Origin: Eledone cirrhosa
Taxonomy: Eukaryota
DNA length: 64,000 nucleotides
Reading direction: 5' to 3'
Assembly (NCBI GenBank): GCA_964016885.1
Contig: OZ024765.1
Location: 15,934,001 to 15,998,000, forward strand
Shown here: in pieces, positions 60,053 to 64,000 of the stretch
How the letters are laid out: the number at the start of each line of letters is the position of its first letter
How positions within the stretch are numbered: the stretch's first letter is position 1
The notes under the pieces: model-generated
Seen by the model: only the letters and a program-made list of their open reading frames with translations
The model's database searches: none
Told to the model about the DNA's origin: nothing
Translations under genes and position numbers: made by a program

Positions 60053-60639
60053 TATTATGTACTATGTGTGTGCGTATTATGTCTACTAGCAGAAGAACCT
60101 TCAATGGGGTGGTTTTCTGCTAGCATGTGTAGTGTGTATATTGATATTATACGCAGGTATATATACATGTAGATATGATACATCAAATAAAATCGTAATT
60201 GACAATATATAATACATAGAAATTGAACGAAGACTGCGTGACACTGTCTTATGTAATCAGTACCGTAATCCATGATACATTAAAAAAGACGATATTATAT
60301 ATAAACTGCATTAGGTGAAAATTAGTGACAGGAAATTAGTATGTTTATTTAAGCGATGGCCAACTGGAAGTGTTGACATTTCAGAAATTTTAAAGAAGTG
60401 AATCTTTAAATAAACAAAATATATTTAATCAACAGCCACGAAATTTAGTAGATAAATTATGTAATATTTATTCATTATTTATTCAAAGTAAGTTGTACCA
60501 GTTTCAAGCTTATTAGCTATCGTCAGCAACGTATACCTTCCTGCCAGATTGTTGAACGTATATACTTACCTTATGTATATTAACGGCTGAGTAGCCCAAT
60601 TTGCATATCGAGTGGGTTAATTATTAATAGTTTTCAATC

Positions 60640-61080
60640 AATTCAATCGTGCAACGCCTGTGCGTGAGGAAAGATTGTGCACTGAGCCAATCCCACTCTC
60701 TGAGCGACAGTAGCTATAATCCGAAAAGAAGACGTCATCGTAACTATTCAGCTGCAGGTTTTATGTCGGAATTATCCCAGTTTCCTGAGTTGCTGTCTTC
60801 TAGAAGAATGCCCTGACAAAGGCTTGTGGTCCTTCACTCTCAATGGTTTAACCGCGCGACCGGGTGTCCATCCCGATTATTTCTGTCCACGGGCATGTAT
60901 ATACAAATGCACCCATGTATATACATATTTACACATTTTTGGATGGCTGTTGACTCTTATGAGTTCTTCTGCCATTTGTCAGGTTTTGTCTTTTGTCCTG
61001 CAGGGTGTTCAAAATCACCCTCCTCACCCAGTAAACCTGTTGCATGATCGGGTCGTCGGCGACTAAACTGGCAACCCCAT
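60640..61080 (-). mobile_element. RTE-type non-autonomous element fragments (related family), with a local inversion at ~61033-61080
   Basis: 60935-61030 is the reverse complement of 4145-4235; 61033-61079 is the forward 5' motif; 60650-60895 resembles 4240-4435. Confidence 0.65.
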
Positions 61081-61344
61081 AGTTACATAACGTCACATAC
61101 ATTCAAACAGTTTCACGAGCAGGACTTTCCATCGATGGAATATGTGGAAGAGTCACCACGGAGAGCGACGAAGGCCCATTCGATGGCTTCGTTAAAAGGT
61201 GTGAACTGTCCAGAAGATCAGTGATGTAGAAGCTACATCTGTTTAATAACATCAAGATAGATAGCTGTGTGGTTTTATATCGAGAATATCTCCTCCATAT
61301 ATGTCATGTGCAATAGGAGAACTTTGATGAATCGTGAGAAATGT

Positions 61345-62640
61345 GACGGCGGTGGAGGTAGTGGTGTTGCTGGTTGTAGTGGTGGTGGTGGTTGATGGTA
61401 GTGGTTGTAATGGTGGTGGTAGTGGTGGTTGTGGTAGTAGTGGTGGTGGTAGTGGTGGTGGTTGATGGTCGTGGTTGTAATGGTGGTGGTAGTGGTGGTG
61501 GTGGTAGTGGCGGTAGTGGAGGTGGTGGTGGCGGTAGTGGTGATGGTAGTGGTGGTAGTTAGTGGAGGTGGTGGTAGTGGTGGTAGATAGTGGCGGTGGT
61601 GATGGTGGTGGTGGTGGTGGTTGTGGTAGTGGTGGTTGTAGTGGTGTTGAAGTTAGTGGAGCTGGTGATGGTAGTGGTGGTATGATGGTGGTGGTGGTTG
61701 TGGTGGTGGTGGTTGTAGTGGTGGTGGTGGTTGATGGTGGTCGTTGTAATGGTGGTGGTGGTGGTGGTGGTGGTAGTGGTGATGGTAGTGGTGTTGGTGG
61801 AGTTAGTGGAGGTGGTGATGGTGGTGGTCGAAGTAGTGGTGGTGTTGGTTGTAGTAGTGGTGGTGTTGGTTGTAGTGGCAGTAGTGTTGGAGGTAGTGGT
61901 GGTGGTTTTGATTATGGTGGTGGTAGTGGTGTTGTTGGTCGTCGTGGGGTGCTGTTGTTGATATTGGTGGTGGTTGATGGTAGTGGTGGTTGTTGTTGTT
62001 GTTGCTGTTGTTGTCGCTGGTAGTAATGGTATTGGTAGTGGTCGGCAGTGGTACTGTTGTGGTTGTTGTTGTTGTTGGTTGGTGGCGGTGATGGAAGTGT
62101 TGGTGTTGATAGTTGTTTGTGATTGTTGTGTTGTTGTCGTTGTTGGTGGTGGTGGTGTTGATGGTTGTGGCGGTAGTGGTGGTGGTTGTAGTGTTGGGAG
62201 TGGTGGCAATGGTACTGTTGGTCCTGATGGTATTGCTAATGGTTGTAGTGATGATGGCAGTTGTAGTGGTAGTGCTTCTGTTGGTGGTATTGCTACTAGT
62301 CTTGATGGTATTGTTCGGGATATTGGTAGTGTTTGTGTTGTTGTTAGTGGTAGTGCTGGTAGTGGTAGTAGTGGTACTGCAGATGTCGATGGTATTGATG
62401 GTGGTTGACGGGATGGTGGTAGGGATAGTGGCAGTGATGTTGTTGTTGGTGACGTTATTGGTGCTGTTGGTGGCACTTCTGCTGGCCCTGATGGTATTGT
62501 CTGTGATAATGGTAGTGTTTGTGTTGTTGTTAGTGGTAGTGTAGTAGTGGTAGTAGTGGTACTGCATATGTTGATGGTATTGCTGGTGGTTGGCGGGATG
62601 GTGGTAGTGATGTTGTTGTTGGTGCTGTTGTTGGTGACGT
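61345..62640. repeat. (GGT/AGT/TGT) low-complexity tract with a diverged internal duplication
   Basis: Direct inspection; the 62320-62470 segment resembles 62500-62650. Confidence 0.85.
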
Positions 62641-64000
62641 GATTGGTGCTGTTGGTGGTGGTGTCGGTGGTGGTGGAACTGGCTGGTGTGTTGTTTTTGC
62701 TCTTGTTTGTGATATTGGTGGTGGTGGTGGTGGTGGAACTGGCTGTTGTGTTGTTTTTGCTCTTGTTTGTGATATTGGTGGTGGTGGTGTCGGTGGTGGT
62801 GGTGGTGGTGGAACTGGCTGGTGTGTTGTTTTTGCTCTTGTTTGTGATATTGGTGGTGGTGGTGTCGGTGGTGGTGGTGGTGGTGGAACTGGCTGGTGTG
62901 TTGTTTTTGCTCTTGTTTGTGATATTGGTGCTGGTGGTGTCGGTGGTGGTGGTGGTGGTGGAACTGGCTGGTGTGTTGTTTTTGCTCTTGTTTGTGATAT
63001 TGGTGTTGGTGGTGGTGGTGTCGGTGGTGGTGGTGGTGGTGGAACTGGCTGGTGTGTTGTTTTTGCTCTTGTTTGTGATATTGGTGGTGGTGGTGTCGGT
63101 GGTGGTGGTGGTGGTGGAACTGGCTGGTGTGTTGTTTTTGCTCTTGTTTGTGATATTGGTGGTGGTGGTGTCGGTGGTGGTGGTGGTGGAACTGGCTGGT
63201 GTGTTGTTTTTGCTCTTGTTTGTGATATTGGTGGTGGTGGTGTCGGTGGTGGTGGTGGTGGTGGAACTGGCTGGTGTGTTGTTTTTGCTCTTGTTTGTGA
63301 TATTGGTGCTGGTGGTGTCGGTGGTGGTGGTGGTGGTGGAACTGGCTGGTGTGTTGTTTTTGCTCTTGTTTGTGATATTGGTGTTGGTGGTGGTGGTGTC
63401 GGTGGTGGTGGTGGTGGTGGAACTGGCTGGTGTGTTGTTTTTGCTCTTGTTTGTGATATTGGTGGTGGTGGTGTCGGTGGTGGTGGTGGTGGTGGAACTG
63501 GCTGGTGTGTTGTTTTTGCTCTTGTTTGTGATATTGGTGGTGGTGGTGTCGGTGGTGGTGGTGGTGGAACTGGCTGGTGTGTTGTTTTTGCTCTTGTTTG
63601 TGATATTGGTGTTGGTGGTGGTGGTGGTGGTGCTGGTGTTGGTGGTATTGCTGCTACTGGTAGTCGTGCTTACGCTGGTTTCTGGTGGTATTTGTAGTGC
63701 ACCATCTGCTGTAGTAGCTGGTCGTGGCGTGGTGGTGATGATGGCGGAGGCGACGAGGGTTGAGGATGGTGGCGGAGACGATAACGGAGGGAGGGTATGA
63801 TGGTGGTGGTGGTGGTGGTGACGACAGTTGTGAGGATGGTGCTTGTGTTGATGGAGAAGCTGTTGGTGAGGACCGGGGATGGGGGGGGAGGGTGAAAGTG
63901 ATAGCGGCGGTGGTGACGAAGGTTGAAGAAAGATGGTGGCGGAGTCGATAATGGAGGGTGGGTATGATGGTGGTAGTGGTAACCATAGCAGTGAGGCTGG
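61559..64000 (-). CDS. Possible mucin-like Thr/Pro/Ser-rich exon (stop-free frame running off the window end)
   Basis: The frame is open for 813 codons and the repeat reads TTNITNKSKNNTPASSTTTTTDTT. A CA-rich strand is inherently stop-poor, so the evidence is weak. Confidence 0.25.
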   Translation of the reverse strand, partial: PASLLWLPLPPSYPPSIIDSATIFLQPSSPPPLSLSPSPPIPGPHQQLLHQHKHHPHNCRHHHHHHHHTLPPLSSPPPSSTLVASAIITTTPRPATTADGALQIPPETSVSTTTSSSNTTNTSTTTTTTNTNITNKSKNNTPASSTTTTTDTTTTNITNKSKNNTPASSTTTTTTDTTTTNITNKSKNNTPASSTTTTTTDTTTTNTNITNKSKNNTPASSTTTTTTDTTSTNITNKSKNNTPASSTTTTTTDTTTTNITNKSKNNTPASSTTTTTDTTTTNITNKSKNNTPASSTTTTTTDTTTTNITNKSKNNTPASSTTTTTTDTTTTNTNITNKSKNNTPASSTTTTTTDTTSTNITNKSKNNTPASSTTTTTTDTTTTNITNKSKNNTPASSTTTTTTDTTTTNITNKSKNNTTASSTTTTTTNITNKSKNNTPASSTTTDTTTNSTNHVTNNSTNNNITTTIPPTTSNTINICSTTTTTTTLPLTTTQTLPLSQTIPSGPAEVPPTAPITSPTTTSLPLSLPPSRQPPSIPSTSAVPLLPLPALPLTTTQTLPISRTIPSRLVAIPPTEALPLQLPSSLQPLAIPSGPTVPLPPLPTLQPPPLPPQPSTPPPPTTTTTQQSQTTINTNTSITATNQQQQQPQQYHCRPLPIPLLPATTTATTTTTTTTINHHQYQQQHPTTTNNTTTTTIIKTTTTTSNTTATTTNTTTTTTNTTTTSTTTITTSTNSTNTTTITTTTTTTTTTITTTTINHHHHYNHHHHNHHHHHTTTTITSSTNFNTTTTTTTTTTTTTTITTATIYHHYHHLH
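62650..63630. repeat. Minisatellite, 13 units of 60-81 bp (all multiples of 3) with a 5-unit higher-order repeat
   Basis: Near-invariant core GGAACTGGCTGGTGTGTTGTTTTTGCTCTTGTTTGTGATATT with (GGT)n spacers. Confidence 0.93.

Noticed and set aside
61140-61250. Possible CR1 LINE remnant (VEESPRRATK resembling LERVQRRATK)
   Set aside because: Single short degenerate motif; needs a profile search.

Overview
Eukaryotic, non-coding, extremely microsatellite-rich DNA, probably an intron or intergenic region of an octopod cephalopod. The taxon is inferred from SINE and MITE families resembling those I recall from Octopus and was not searched. Almost all listed ORFs are (TA)n/(TACA)n/(GGT)n artefacts. 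Supported features: tRNA-derived SINEs (single, tandem and satellite-derived), non-autonomous bipartite RTE-type elements in (TGTA)n, RTE and CRE-clade LINE fragments, a Helitron-like element, a TTAA-type MITE, a U6 snRNA pseudogene and several minisatellites. The main observation is a dense field of short elements inserted into (TA)n tracts. They belong to roughly eight or more unrelated sequence families and carry type I hammerhead-ribozyme folds (about 15 complete or variant motifs, plus a 9-copy family with only the 3' half). Most are asymmetric fold-backs: a tailed copy joined head-to-head to an inverted tail-less copy. This matches Penelope-like retroelement pLTR ends. In one family the palindrome centre coincides with the predicted stem II loop, suggesting cDNA snap-back. 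All folds were read by eye; no search or folding program was run.
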